The notes: a model not told the origin generated them from the sequence alone. Positions 49,744 through 58,973 are shown, counted from the stretch's first letter. The stretch: 64,000 bases of DNA from a virus (IMGVR_UViG_3300011008_000023:1-64000); one strand, 5' to 3'. Numbers and translations: made by a program.

Positions 49744-51929
49744 ACAGTTTCTTTCTTAGAATACACCCTAGTTAAAGCTTCTTTATACCTTTCTTTATCA
49801 AAGAACTTAATAGGTCTAAGGAATCCAATAACTCTAGTCCACCAAGTGATATGAGTACTTCCACATTTAGGGCAAACCTTTATAGGAGCTTTACTAATAT
49901 AGTGACAATCATCACATTCACTGTTAGGAATATTAAAGGTGAAATATGAAGTACCATTAGCAATAGCAAAATCTATAAGTTTAAGATATTGCTTTTTGCT
50001 AAGATGTTCTTCTAAGTTACAGTGGAGACCCACTCCTCCATCAAGTAGTTCTGTGAACTCTCTTCCGTGAAGTTTAAATTTGTCAAGCACAGAACAATTT
50101 TCATCACTGGCGATGTAGAAGTAAGAATTGTAGAGATTTCTATCTTCTGGCACCCAGTATCCATCAGATTTATCCCAATTGTAATTTTTACTTGATAATC
50201 CTTCCGCAGGCACAAGCTCGGTATTGAATTGGAAATCTTTTGTGGAGTGGATTTTGTTTTGTTCTGAAATTGTTCCTGTGATGAGTCTACAAAACTCTTT
50301 GTATTCTTCATTATAATTACATTTAATTCCCACAAACTCAGCTGCCTCATTAAGTCCATTTATACCAATAGTACTAAATAATTTGTGCATATTGATATAT
50401 CCAGCAGTAGAAGCATTTAACATACCAGCATCTTCGACCTCATAGAGAAGTGTCTTATAGGCAATGTGATACTTATAAACTCTTTCAAGGATACTGATGA
50501 GATACTCCCTCAAACCAGTAAGTCCAGGCATATTTACAGTAGAGTCAATAACTCCATTATTTTCTTCAGGAGATTTAGCTTTCTGTCTAGCCCAATCTTG
50601 AATAATCCTGTTAAGATTAAGGGTAATTACATTAGCACTGCCAGTCTGAACTCCAGTAAGACCATTAGTGAAAGAGAAGACATTCTCTGCAATTTCATTC
50701 CTAAGTCTACAGCAAGAAGCCAGGGCATTAGGATTATCAGAAATATAGGTGAAGAATGAATGTCCCTTAGAATACATTTCTGCAGTGAAGTTCTTCCATT
50801 CTTTATCTTTTATATCACCATCTTCACTAAGCAACGCAACTGTTTCGACGGGGAAGGTTAACAAAGTTTTAGTTCTCTCATTATTAAACCATTCCATAAA
50901 ATCTTTCTGTAACCAATTAACTCTCTCCCACATAGGCTTTGTGCCATCAGGGAAACAAAATTCATCAAACAGAGCGTGCCAATAATATTTATCATAATAA
51001 GATATATTGGTGAAGGGTGACTGATATGACCTATTGCCTGCTGGCTGATTCCATCCGTACACAATTTGCTGATATGCTTGATGAATTGCATCAACAATCT
51101 TCCTACTAGGAAGAATTGAAGCTTCAATTCTATAAGCTTTCTCATGATAATTAGGTCCAAAGTCTTTTATGCAGAAATAATCAAGGAAATTAAAGAATTC
51201 TCCAAATGCAACTGCTCCTTTACATTGTGCTGAGAGTAGAAATGTAAGATTGACAAGTTGCCCACAAAAGCTGCTAAGATTCTTTGGAGCAACAGTGCCA
51301 AGGCCATCCATTCCTTTTGTTCCCTCAACAAGCAGAGGATATAAAGATACTGCCTCACAGTAATTTTTAACTGCTGGTGAAGACGCTTCATCATGGGCAT
51401 AGATAATATGAGTTTCCAAATCTTTGGCATATTGCTTAGCAACTTCAGGGAATTGCTTTTCAAGTTGCTTAGTCATTCTGTATCTTTGGATTTGCCTATT
51501 AATTGATTTATACACTTCTCCATCAATATTTGCCACATTCTTAATAGACACATTGGCATTTGCGTCTGTTTCTGATGAGGTGGCAGCATTCTCTTTGGAT
51601 TCCATATAATTGTCAATCCAATCAACTCTTTCTTTAATAAATCTAAGCTCTTTATGCTTTTCTCTATAAGAAGCATATGCTAAAGCAACATCCCATTCTC
51701 CTGAAGCAATAATGCTTTTAACAACATCATCTTGAATATCCTCAATATCAATAATTTCTTTATTATTATGCTTAACTTGTATAGTGTTATGCACAATATC
51801 TTTTGTTAATTGAGGAACATCTTTTCCATCTGCTTCAAATGCTTTCTTTACAACAGCATCAATTTTCTCCCACTCGAAATCTTCAAGTGAACCATTTCTT
51901 TTCTTTACTTTTACAGTAAACATAGCCAA
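49737..51929 (-). CDS. nrdD: Anaerobic (class III) ribonucleoside-triphosphate reductase
   Basis: N-terminal ATP cone (VKKRNG), SCCRL, PAEG, C-terminal CxxC...CPxCG zinc site and RVIGFL glycyl-radical motif. Confidence 0.95.
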   Translation of the reverse strand: MAMFTVKVKKRNGSLEDFEWEKIDAVVKKAFEADGKDVPQLTKDIVHNTIQVKHNNKEIIDIEDIQDDVVKSIIASGEWDVALAYASYREKHKELRFIKERVDWIDNYMESKENAATSSETDANANVSIKNVANIDGEVYKSINRQIQRYRMTKQLEKQFPEVAKQYAKDLETHIIYAHDEASSPAVKNYCEAVSLYPLLVEGTKGMDGLGTVAPKNLSSFCGQLVNLTFLLSAQCKGAVAFGEFFNFLDYFCIKDFGPNYHEKAYRIEASILPSRKIVDAIHQAYQQIVYGWNQPAGNRSYQSPFTNISYYDKYYWHALFDEFCFPDGTKPMWERVNWLQKDFMEWFNNERTKTLLTFPVETVALLSEDGDIKDKEWKNFTAEMYSKGHSFFTYISDNPNALASCCRLRNEIAENVFSFTNGLTGVQTGSANVITLNLNRIIQDWARQKAKSPEENNGVIDSTVNMPGLTGLREYLISILERVYKYHIAYKTLLYEVEDAGMLNASTAGYINMHKLFSTIGINGLNEAAEFVGIKCNYNEEYKEFCRLITGTISEQNKIHSTKDFQFNTELVPAEGLSSKNYNWDKSDGYWVPEDRNLYNSYFYIASDENCSVLDKFKLHGREFTELLDGGVGLHCNLEEHLSKKQYLKLIDFAIANGTSYFTFNIPNSECDDCHYISKAPIKVCPKCGSTHITWWTRVIGFLRPIKFFDKERYKEALTRVYSKKETVC

Positions 51930-52966
51930 TCAGATAAATTATTAGTACCACCAATCATAATACCAAAAGGAACTTTGGGTCTTTCAGCAAGGTAAGTCCT
52001 TAGTTCATTACCTATATCCTCGGGGTCTCTCAGTTCAATGGGGTGGGTAGATTTTCCCACAATAATTGTACCACGAGTAGTAGTGTCAGAGAACTCCCAA
52101 ACCAGTGGCATTAAAGATGTTTTATTGACAACTATAAACCTATAATCTGCCAAAGTAAATTCTTTGAAATACGGGTCTCTGTCAAGATTATTACGAATAA
52201 TTCTCCAATAAAGCCTTGCTTGAATCTGATAATTCCACTCAACAAAAGACTTATAAAAATCCCACTCATAGTGAGAAGAGGTCTTTAAATCTATTGGATA
52301 AATTATCTTATTGGCATAATCTACAACAAGTAAATCTGCCATACAACGATATTGTGTATCTCCTAGAGTTGCTTTAAACTTTAACTGATAAAGTCTCTCA
52401 ATAGAATCATCAAATGGGTTGTCATGTCTAAAGTAGAATTCAGTAGATGGAGATTCTTTTAATACTCTAACTGATGCAAGAACCTCATTGTAAATTTCAC
52501 TGTTTAAAATGGTCTTACCTTCAGCTAAGAAGAGAAGGTTATAATATTCTTCTCCTTTCTCCTTAATGACTTTAGCACGAGTTTCTGGTTTCCAATTGTT
52601 TTGATAGTTATAATTAGCTGCTTTTTCAATTACTTTAACATCAGGAATATCTTTAATGCTTCTATAAGTAATATGGAATTCAGCAAAACAATCTTTAACA
52701 ATCTTAACAATAGTATCAGAGGTATCTGGGAAATTTGCTACAATAAATTTTGAGTTAAATTCTTCCTCTCCACCAGTAATAATTGCATCCACTGCACTAC
52801 CAAATGTAAGAGAAGCAGTTTCTTTTTTATCATACAAAGATTCTAGGCAATTGAATCCTCCACGCTCATATGTAGATAATGTAGAGTAACTTAGTGCAGA
52901 ATCTCCTCTATATGTTTCCTCAGAAACATTCCAACTAATATCTTTTAATGATTTTTCCTTCATCAT
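51911..52966 (-). CDS. PD-(D/E)XK exonuclease (RecE/Cas4-like, DUF3799-like)
   Basis: LSYS.L, FGSAVD, CMADLL...IDLKT, YQIQARLY motifs. Confidence 0.8.
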   Translation of the reverse strand: MMKEKSLKDISWNVSEETYRGDSALSYSTLSTYERGGFNCLESLYDKKETASLTFGSAVDAIITGGEEEFNSKFIVANFPDTSDTIVKIVKDCFAEFHITYRSIKDIPDVKVIEKAANYNYQNNWKPETRAKVIKEKGEEYYNLLFLAEGKTILNSEIYNEVLASVRVLKESPSTEFYFRHDNPFDDSIERLYQLKFKATLGDTQYRCMADLLVVDYANKIIYPIDLKTSSHYEWDFYKSFVEWNYQIQARLYWRIIRNNLDRDPYFKEFTLADYRFIVVNKTSLMPLVWEFSDTTTRGTIIVGKSTHPIELRDPEDIGNELRTYLAERPKVPFGIMIGGTNNLSDWLCLL

Positions 52967-53262
52967 AATTCCTCTTCATCGTCTTCATAATCATTAGGGA
53001 TTTCCCTTTCTTCTGGATATATAAGATAATAGTACTCATTACAAATAAGTGCTAACTCTCTTATTTTACCTAAATCAGTATTACCGTATTTAACTGCGAA
53101 ATTTCCTTTTTCTAAAGCAATTTCCATTAATTGCAAAGACGACCACGTTAAATCTTTAAGAGATTCCCAATTTCGATTTTCAACAAATTTCTTTGCATGC
53201 TTAATGTCTTTACTGGGCAAATAAGGTATTAACTCATTTATTTTCTGTAATGGACTCGGCAT
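52963..53262 (-). CDS. Hypothetical protein
   Basis: 99-aa ORF with an acidic tail, coupled to neighbours. Confidence 0.6.
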   Translation of the reverse strand: MPSPLQKINELIPYLPSKDIKHAKKFVENRNWESLKDLTWSSLQLMEIALEKGNFAVKYGNTDLGKIRELALICNEYYYLIYPEEREIPNDYEDDEEEL

Positions 53263-53752
53263 AATTATTAATAATTTCTAAAGCTTGAAGCAGCTGTCTC
53301 TTAGTATATACTTCAAAAAACATAGACCTTACTCCATCTTTCTCAAATTTATCATCTAAGAATTTTCTAAATAACTTTTTCTTGATATAAAAGACATCAT
53401 TTTCAATACCTTTTACTTCAATCCAGACATCTATGTCATTTTTTCTAAAATAAAAGTCTGGTGTATATCTTATACCAATAACTTTATCAGTTTTTGGTAT
53501 AAGTATCTTAGGTATTTTCTTTGTAATGCCTTCTGCTAACATTCTGCTCTCTAGTTGTTTATTTGTTTCTTGGTCATAAAATGGGGTGATGGGTTTAAAT
53601 CCCTCCCACAAAAGAAATGTATGTTTCTCATATTCAGGTGTAATACCTTTATCTACAAGAGTTCTATATATCACCTTTTCTGTTTGAGATTTAAAAGTAA
53701 TGCCTTTAACCTTAGCTGAAGTAGCATTTCTAATTTTTTTGTTTGGTGCCAT
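53234..53752 (-). CDS. PD-(D/E)XK endonuclease (T7 endonuclease I/DUF1064-like, possible resolvase)
   Basis: F.S..E...YE...YTPDF...IEVKG motif. Confidence 0.8.
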   Translation of the reverse strand: MAPNKKIRNATSAKVKGITFKSQTEKVIYRTLVDKGITPEYEKHTFLLWEGFKPITPFYDQETNKQLESRMLAEGITKKIPKILIPKTDKVIGIRYTPDFYFRKNDIDVWIEVKGIENDVFYIKKKLFRKFLDDKFEKDGVRSMFFEVYTKRQLLQALEIINNYAESITENK

Positions 53753-54429
53753 TAAACTACTTCTTCATTAAATTCATTATACCACACAATGGTTTCCTTA
53801 TACTCTTGTTTAAGATACTTATTTATTTCATAAAAAATATCAGATGGCATTCTTTTATTACTTCTTGCATAAAAGGCGGGGTGATTTTCTTTAAGTATAT
53901 GATTAGATTTATTAATATAAGGTTCAAAAGTTTGTGCCTGTTGTCCAAAAAGTACAAAAAGATAGTTACCATATGTTGATAAATTTTTAATAAGCTGTGA
54001 AATAAAGGGTCTCCACAATTGAGTGTGAGACCCTATTTTATTTACTTCAACAGTTAGTGCAGAGTTGAGCATGAGGATGCCCTGCTTTGCCCAACTCTCT
54101 AAAGTATTATCAAATATAATAGGATAATTGTGCGGTCTGGTATAATCTATAGCAGCCTCTTTGATAATCTGTAAAGATGGAGATAAGCTTTCTTCTGCAA
54201 CACTGCTAGAATTGCCAAATAATATACCTGTAGCTACACCTTTTTGTGGATATGGGTCTTGTCCTAGAAATATAACTTTGCAGTTACTTAGAGGGCATAG
54301 TTGAAATGCTTTAAAGACATTCTCTTTAGCAGGACAGATACTATTCATAGGAATACTATTTAAGGTCTTTACTAAAGTAGGAATATTAATCACCTTTACC
54401 CAATCACCAAAGAAACTTTCTATAGACAT
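53752..54429 (-). CDS. ung: Uracil-DNA glycosylase (family 1)
   Basis: LGQDPY, WAKQGILMLNSALTV, GSH...W and HPA motifs. Confidence 0.92.
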   Translation of the reverse strand: MSIESFFGDWVKVINIPTLVKTLNSIPMNSICPAKENVFKAFQLCPLSNCKVIFLGQDPYPQKGVATGILFGNSSSVAEESLSPSLQIIKEAAIDYTRPHNYPIIFDNTLESWAKQGILMLNSALTVEVNKIGSHTQLWRPFISQLIKNLSTYGNYLFVLFGQQAQTFEPYINKSNHILKENHPAFYARSNKRMPSDIFYEINKYLKQEYKETIVWYNEFNEEVV

Positions 54430-54432
54430 AAC

Positions 54433-55146
54433 TTAATTAAAATCATCAGCAACTTGTCTAAGTACCTCACCAATATGTTCCTTAAGGAAATTATTAACTT
54501 GGTCGCTTGAAAAGTTATTGAAATCTGGTTTACTAGGTTTTACATAAAAGTCAGAAGAGTCATCTATTACAATTCTGCAGGGAATAGCGGAGTTCCCCCA
54601 ATTTGAGATAACGTATGACAAATAGTATGGAATTCCCTTTCTTGCGATAGCTTTATTTACAGTAGTCTCTTCTGTAAATACAGAGGGATGTACATGTATT
54701 ACATACTCTTGAACTGAAATTATGGAGTTCTCTTCCTTCAAGTGCGCAGTAGACAGTAGTAAAGGAGTATAATTTTTATCTAAAAGAATTCCCCTATTTC
54801 CATAATAGGTGTCATCTTTTACTTTGAAACTGCCTAGTCTTGCATCACACCATCTACAGATATATTTAAATAATGCATCTGCTCCAGAGCAAACCTTTAC
54901 GAATGGTTCTCTGTATAATGGAGCTACAATATCTTCAGGTTCTGTAAGATTCTCTAAATTTGATGTTTCATCAATATATATCAATTGGGATGGAATTATA
55001 CACTCGTGTGGAGTGATGGTAGCCTTCACTATACCTCTATAAGCATCAATAGTTCTAGCATCATAAACATGATTAGTGAGTGATTGAAGACTTCCTCCCA
55101 TTACAAAGTTGTTCATTGTACTTCGATATGATGCACTAAATTCCAT
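54433..55146 (-). CDS. Hypothetical protein, last gene of the Ubl/E2/JAB/E1 cluster
   Basis: 237 aa; start overlaps the E1 stop by 1 nt (TAATG). Confidence 0.6.
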   Translation of the reverse strand: MEFSASYRSTMNNFVMGGSLQSLTNHVYDARTIDAYRGIVKATITPHECIIPSQLIYIDETSNLENLTEPEDIVAPLYREPFVKVCSGADALFKYICRWCDARLGSFKVKDDTYYGNRGILLDKNYTPLLLSTAHLKEENSIISVQEYVIHVHPSVFTEETTVNKAIARKGIPYYLSYVISNWGNSAIPCRIVIDDSSDFYVKPSKPDFNNFSSDQVNNFLKEHIGEVLRQVADDFN

Positions 55147-56051
55147 TATGTAATAACTTTAAAGAACATTGTTTCTGCAGTGTATTCAGTATAAAAAGGC
55201 AGGTCTCTTGGAACAAGAGGGTCACATTCATTAGCACAGAAATTAACAAATAAATTAACCATAACTGAAGCAATCATATTTGCCATGAAACTGGTTTGCT
55301 TATAACTACAAATAGTTTTATCAGCTTCTGCATCAGTAAATAGAAACTTATCAGCATATCTCTGCATACTAAATTCATCATCTCCTCTTATACAAAGAAT
55401 CTGAAAACTTTCAGCAGCCAATCTACCATCTATGAAGAGATATTTTTTACGAAGGTCTGCTGGTGCTTCTTGAACTTGTCTTTTCCAAGCATTATAGAAT
55501 GTTCTTCTTGCCTCCATATTATCAAAACCACAAATAGCTATTTCGGTACATAGCTCTGTACTATTTGTGAATCTCTCATTAGCAGTTGAAGCATAATAGT
55601 CAGAGTAGGTACGCATGTGCTCTGCTGTTGCACTTACTTTAAGTTGTCCTACATCATCAGTTTCATATAGCTGACCTGATATATTTGCAGATTCTACATA
55701 ATCATCATCATATAAGATAATGGTATCTGGATGCATCCTTGCCAGTAAGAATGCTACATAACTTCCAATTCCTCCTAATCCAGCCAAAGTAATTCTCTTA
55801 GTTCTAATATTATAATACCACGTAGCACCACTAAATCTGCTTGTAGTTTCTTCAACCAATATACTACCAGAATTTTGAGGAATTACTTCAGGGACTTCTT
55901 CTTCTGGAGGTGATGATGTATTTGTAGTTTCTGTACTGGTGTCCCATACATCTACACCCTTTGCTGCAGAATACTCTGCCATTGCTCTTGCAATGATAGA
56001 GTCTATTTCATCTGCTATTCTTGTACTACTGTAATCTTGTGACATAATCAT
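55146..56051 (-). CDS. ThiF/MoeB/E1-like adenylyltransferase (Ubl-activating enzyme)
   Basis: GLGGIG (91-96), YDDDYVE..N...Q, K138, GFDNMEAR, IDGR; candidate catalytic Cys248 (TICS); no CxxC zinc pairs. Confidence 0.88.
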   Translation of the reverse strand: MIMSQDYSSTRIADEIDSIIARAMAEYSAAKGVDVWDTSTETTNTSSPPEEEVPEVIPQNSGSILVEETTSRFSGATWYYNIRTKRITLAGLGGIGSYVAFLLARMHPDTIILYDDDYVESANISGQLYETDDVGQLKVSATAEHMRTYSDYYASTANERFTNSTELCTEIAICGFDNMEARRTFYNAWKRQVQEAPADLRKKYLFIDGRLAAESFQILCIRGDDEFSMQRYADKFLFTDAEADKTICSYKQTSFMANMIASVMVNLFVNFCANECDPLVPRDLPFYTEYTAETMFFKVIT

Positions 56052-57210
56052 TAAGTATATCTATATACTCATCAATATATTCATTCTTAGGAAGCTTCTT
56101 AAGAGCTGTAATTGTTTTGCTTGCAAGCATTGCTGCAACATCATACTCATCTTCCTTAGGGTCTGTTACTGTATACCAAATTAGGAATTCAATGAAATCA
56201 GTTGCCCAGAAGTAAAATAACTGCATTCCAATATCACCCTTACCAAACCTCTTGTCAAATCTCTTAGAGATGCTGTCTATAACTTTCTTTTTGGTTTCTG
56301 CATCCATCTTAGTTATAGTAACACTTCCGGTAAGGAGCTGATTTACAACTTCCTCAACTGCTGCATCTGTTAGTTTCTGATGTTGTACATCTTCAACTTC
56401 ACTAGGAGTAGAGGCTGATGAGCTTGATTTAGTATCTTCCCACTCTAAATCGTCAAATAATGTAGGTTCTTTATAGTGCTTATTGTAATAACTAGGTAGA
56501 GTATTTTTACTATTTACAGTATCATTATAAATATTTGGGTAGGTATACTGAGGAGTACTTGTTTTTGGTGCAGTCTTCTTCTTACTATCCCTAATCTCAT
56601 TAAGTCTACTATCTATAGTATAGAATGGATTCTCAGATTCTTCTTCTTTTATGACATCTAAATAGAAGTACTCAAGTTCTTCTCCTTCAATAACTTCTTT
56701 TTCTGGAATATCTACTGTTCCATTAAATCCTTCATAAGATAAATTTCTAATAGATTTATACTTAATTTTCCTTGTAATGGCTGCAGTATATGTTCCTGCA
56801 TTATTAACAATGAGAGACACAAAATGATTTCTGTCTTTACCTTCTGATTTAAGAGTATTAAGGTCAGTACCGCTAAAGAAACTCTGCATATTATTATGAG
56901 AGTGTATTAGACCCATCTTACAGTCAAGTAGCTCTGGATTCTCTGCCATATAGCTAATAACATCTGGAGACATATCAAATTCTGTATAGGTAGTACTTCC
57001 TATATCCATAGGCAGAATATCTACACAATTAATTTGCAATGAGTTATCTTCAAATTCTCCAGTAGGAGTATAAAATAGTATACCTGACCATTCTGTACTC
57101 CAAACTCTTTCGCAAAGGAATCTTATGATACGTTCAACCTTTGCAGGAATGATAATTTTATATGTATTTGACCTTTTTATGAGGCTCATCTCCTGTGGAT
57201 TTGCTTCCAT
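56026..57210 (-). CDS. JAB/JAMM (MPN+) metalloprotease
   Basis: E40 (EWSG) plus H103-S-H105-x7-S113-x2-D116, a complete JAMM motif; long C-terminal extension. Confidence 0.88.
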   Translation of the reverse strand: MEANPQEMSLIKRSNTYKIIIPAKVERIIRFLCERVWSTEWSGILFYTPTGEFEDNSLQINCVDILPMDIGSTTYTEFDMSPDVISYMAENPELLDCKMGLIHSHNNMQSFFSGTDLNTLKSEGKDRNHFVSLIVNNAGTYTAAITRKIKYKSIRNLSYEGFNGTVDIPEKEVIEGEELEYFYLDVIKEEESENPFYTIDSRLNEIRDSKKKTAPKTSTPQYTYPNIYNDTVNSKNTLPSYYNKHYKEPTLFDDLEWEDTKSSSSASTPSEVEDVQHQKLTDAAVEEVVNQLLTGSVTITKMDAETKKKVIDSISKRFDKRFGKGDIGMQLFYFWATDFIEFLIWYTVTDPKEDEYDVAAMLASKTITALKKLPKNEYIDEYIDILNDYVTRLQ

Positions 57211-58300
57211 ATCTAAAATTAATTACATTAAATATTTTTGTAAATATATAATTTCCAATCTCTGGACGGATAACTAAAACAAAATTGGGCTCAGATTCAT
57301 TTTCAGCATCTGGTATAGTAACATTAAAATCTGTTCCCTTAAAGGTACATACTTTCTTTCCAATATAAGAACTATAGTCTATTCCATTATTTGATTCTGC
57401 TACAATATGTCCATTAATGAATTTATATTTTGTAATAATACCTGAATGTAACAACTCATTTAATGAGAAATTTAATATTCCTTCATGGTGCTTTTTGTTG
57501 TACCACTTTATAAATAAGTTGCTAATTCTTATAAAGTACTCCGTAGAGGACATAGCTAGAATATAGCAGTTATTTTGATATGTAAACTTAAGTTCATTAC
57601 TATCAATGATGAATTTAATAAAGTCTGCTAAATTAGCTGCTGTTATAATAGGTGAGAGATGCCTTAAACTTATGTGTCCATCTAGATTAACATTATTAAA
57701 TTTAATCATTTGACGTGAATATCCTCCTGCTACAAGACTCTCCAATCTATGATACGGTGTACCCGCAATAGATTCTACTTGTACAAATTTAGATAATTCA
57801 AGACAGAATAAACCCCATAAATCAGCATCAAATTCTTTAATTAAAGAACAGATAGTACTATTAATAGGTCCTCTTCCTGTACATGGATTTTGAAATACTT
57901 CAAAATTGGTTAAAGGAATACAACTTATATGACTATGCATATATCCATTTACAAAATGTAATAAACTATACTCAGACCTATTTAGCCCAAATTTTCCACG
58001 TAGTTGTCCTGATGTATTAATAACAACCTTTGCAAATAAATGATTTATATCAGTAAACTTATCATACTCATTAGTGACTCTCACATGAGGAAAGTGAACT
58101 AATATAAATATCTCACAAGAATCAATATAGTGTTTAACGGCTGCAACACTTGCTGTTCCAGGGAGTGCAGCCTCCACATCAGTAAGACTAGGAACTCCTT
58201 GCATATCCACTTTATCTTCTCCAAAGAAATCATTGAAGATTTCTAAGACTTGCAAGGGTTTCTCCATTGCCGTATTATAGGCTTGTTCTAATACTCCCAT
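57158..58300 (-). CDS. Putative E2-like (UBC-fold) conjugating enzyme
   Basis: YMHSHI...NPCTG.GPI...W..F...L...ES..G.PY resembles the prokaryotic E2 HPH/HPN...C(L)G...PY pattern; candidate Cys140; lies between Ubl and JAB genes. Confidence 0.55.
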   Translation of the reverse strand: MGVLEQAYNTAMEKPLQVLEIFNDFFGEDKVDMQGVPSLTDVEAALPGTASVAAVKHYIDSCEIFILVHFPHVRVTNEYDKFTDINHLFAKVVINTSGQLRGKFGLNRSEYSLLHFVNGYMHSHISCIPLTNFEVFQNPCTGRGPINSTICSLIKEFDADLWGLFCLELSKFVQVESIAGTPYHRLESLVAGGYSRQMIKFNNVNLDGHISLRHLSPIITAANLADFIKFIIDSNELKFTYQNNCYILAMSSTEYFIRISNLFIKWYNKKHHEGILNFSLNELLHSGIITKYKFINGHIVAESNNGIDYSSYIGKKVCTFKGTDFNVTIPDAENESEPNFVLVIRPEIGNYIFTKIFNVINFRYGSKSTGDEPHKKVKYI

Positions 58301-58350
58301 ATAAAATAAAAAAATAAGTGGTGGTAGATAAATATTTCTACCACCACTTA
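58301..58350 (-). terminator. Rho-independent terminator/attenuator right after the Ubl gene
   Basis: Perfect 14-bp stem TAAGTGGTGGTAGA (58315-58328) / TCTACCACCACTTA (58337-58350), followed on the - strand by TTTTTTTATTTT. Confidence 0.85.
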
Positions 58351-58356
58351 AGATTT

Positions 58357-58968
58357 TTACTGATTCAGAAAATCAAACATTTCGTCAATGTCATCATCAG
58401 AGTAAGGAGAGTTATCCCTTACAGTAGTCTTTCCTGCGAGGGTATCACGAATCCAATCTCCCTCATAAGAAAGAATAACCTCATTATCCTCAAGTATTTC
58501 AACCAACTTGAGAATAGCCTCCACAATAACATTGTCACTGCTGTTGTTGGCAGCAGCCTCCTGAGCCTGCTCAATAAGATTCATGAGCTCAGAGTTCTTG
58601 CACTGTGTAAAATTCTTCCCATAGGTAGAAATACATGCATCCTTCAGACCAAGCTCATCAATTGCATCATAGAGAGCCTGACGAGCTTCGGGGAGGGAAG
58701 CACCACTCTTAATCTTCTTATTAGGGTTAGTGAGCATAAATACAAGCTCATTAGTGATATTTCCCTTATAGGAGATATCATGAGGAAGAATAGACTCATC
58801 AGTGAGGAGCTCAGTGTGTGAGAGTCCCTCATAGAAAGTCATTCCCTCATAAGGGATATTCTGGGCACGAAGAGCAGCTTTGAGTTCTGCAAGAGTAGTG
58901 GCATCAGTGTTAACGACATACTTGCTCTGATTGCTAGTGGATACGATGGTAATGTTTCTTGCTTCCAT
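58357..58968 (-). CDS. Putative ubiquitin-like (beta-grasp) protein precursor with C-terminal extension
   Basis: Residues 1-89 follow the beta-beta-alpha-beta-beta-beta pattern (RNITIVS, KYVVNT, TTLAELKAAL, MTFYE, DESILP, ELVFML) and end KKIKSG89; high-expression codon bias. Confidence 0.6.
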   Translation of the reverse strand: MEARNITIVSTSNQSKYVVNTDATTLAELKAALRAQNIPYEGMTFYEGLSHTELLTDESILPHDISYKGNITNELVFMLTNPNKKIKSGASLPEARQALYDAIDELGLKDACISTYGKNFTQCKNSELMNLIEQAQEAAANNSSDNVIVEAILKLVEILEDNEVILSYEGDWIRDTLAGKTTVRDNSPYSDDDIDEMFDFLNQ

Positions 58969-58973
58969 AATTG

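Noticed and set aside
49737-51929. Intron or intein in nrdD, dnaB or MCP
   Set aside because: ORF lengths are ordinary, motifs are contiguous, and no intein C...HN-(C/S/T) boundaries are apparent.
51911-52966. Cas4/CRISPR association of the PD-(D/E)XK nuclease
   Set aside because: No CRISPR repeats or other cas genes seen, and no four-Cys Fe-S pattern; fits an ordinary phage recombination exonuclease.
53234-53752. Free-standing homing endonuclease serving the polA intron
   Set aside because: Lies ~7 kb away, has a T7 endo I/resolvase-like motif and no HNH/GIY-YIG signature; nothing ties it to the intron.
55146-56051. ThiF as a thiamine/molybdopterin biosynthesis or microcin-maturation enzyme
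   Set aside because: No thiS/thiG/moaD/moaE, rhodanese or precursor-peptide context; neighbours are JAB, E2-like and Ubl-like genes. Not formally excluded.
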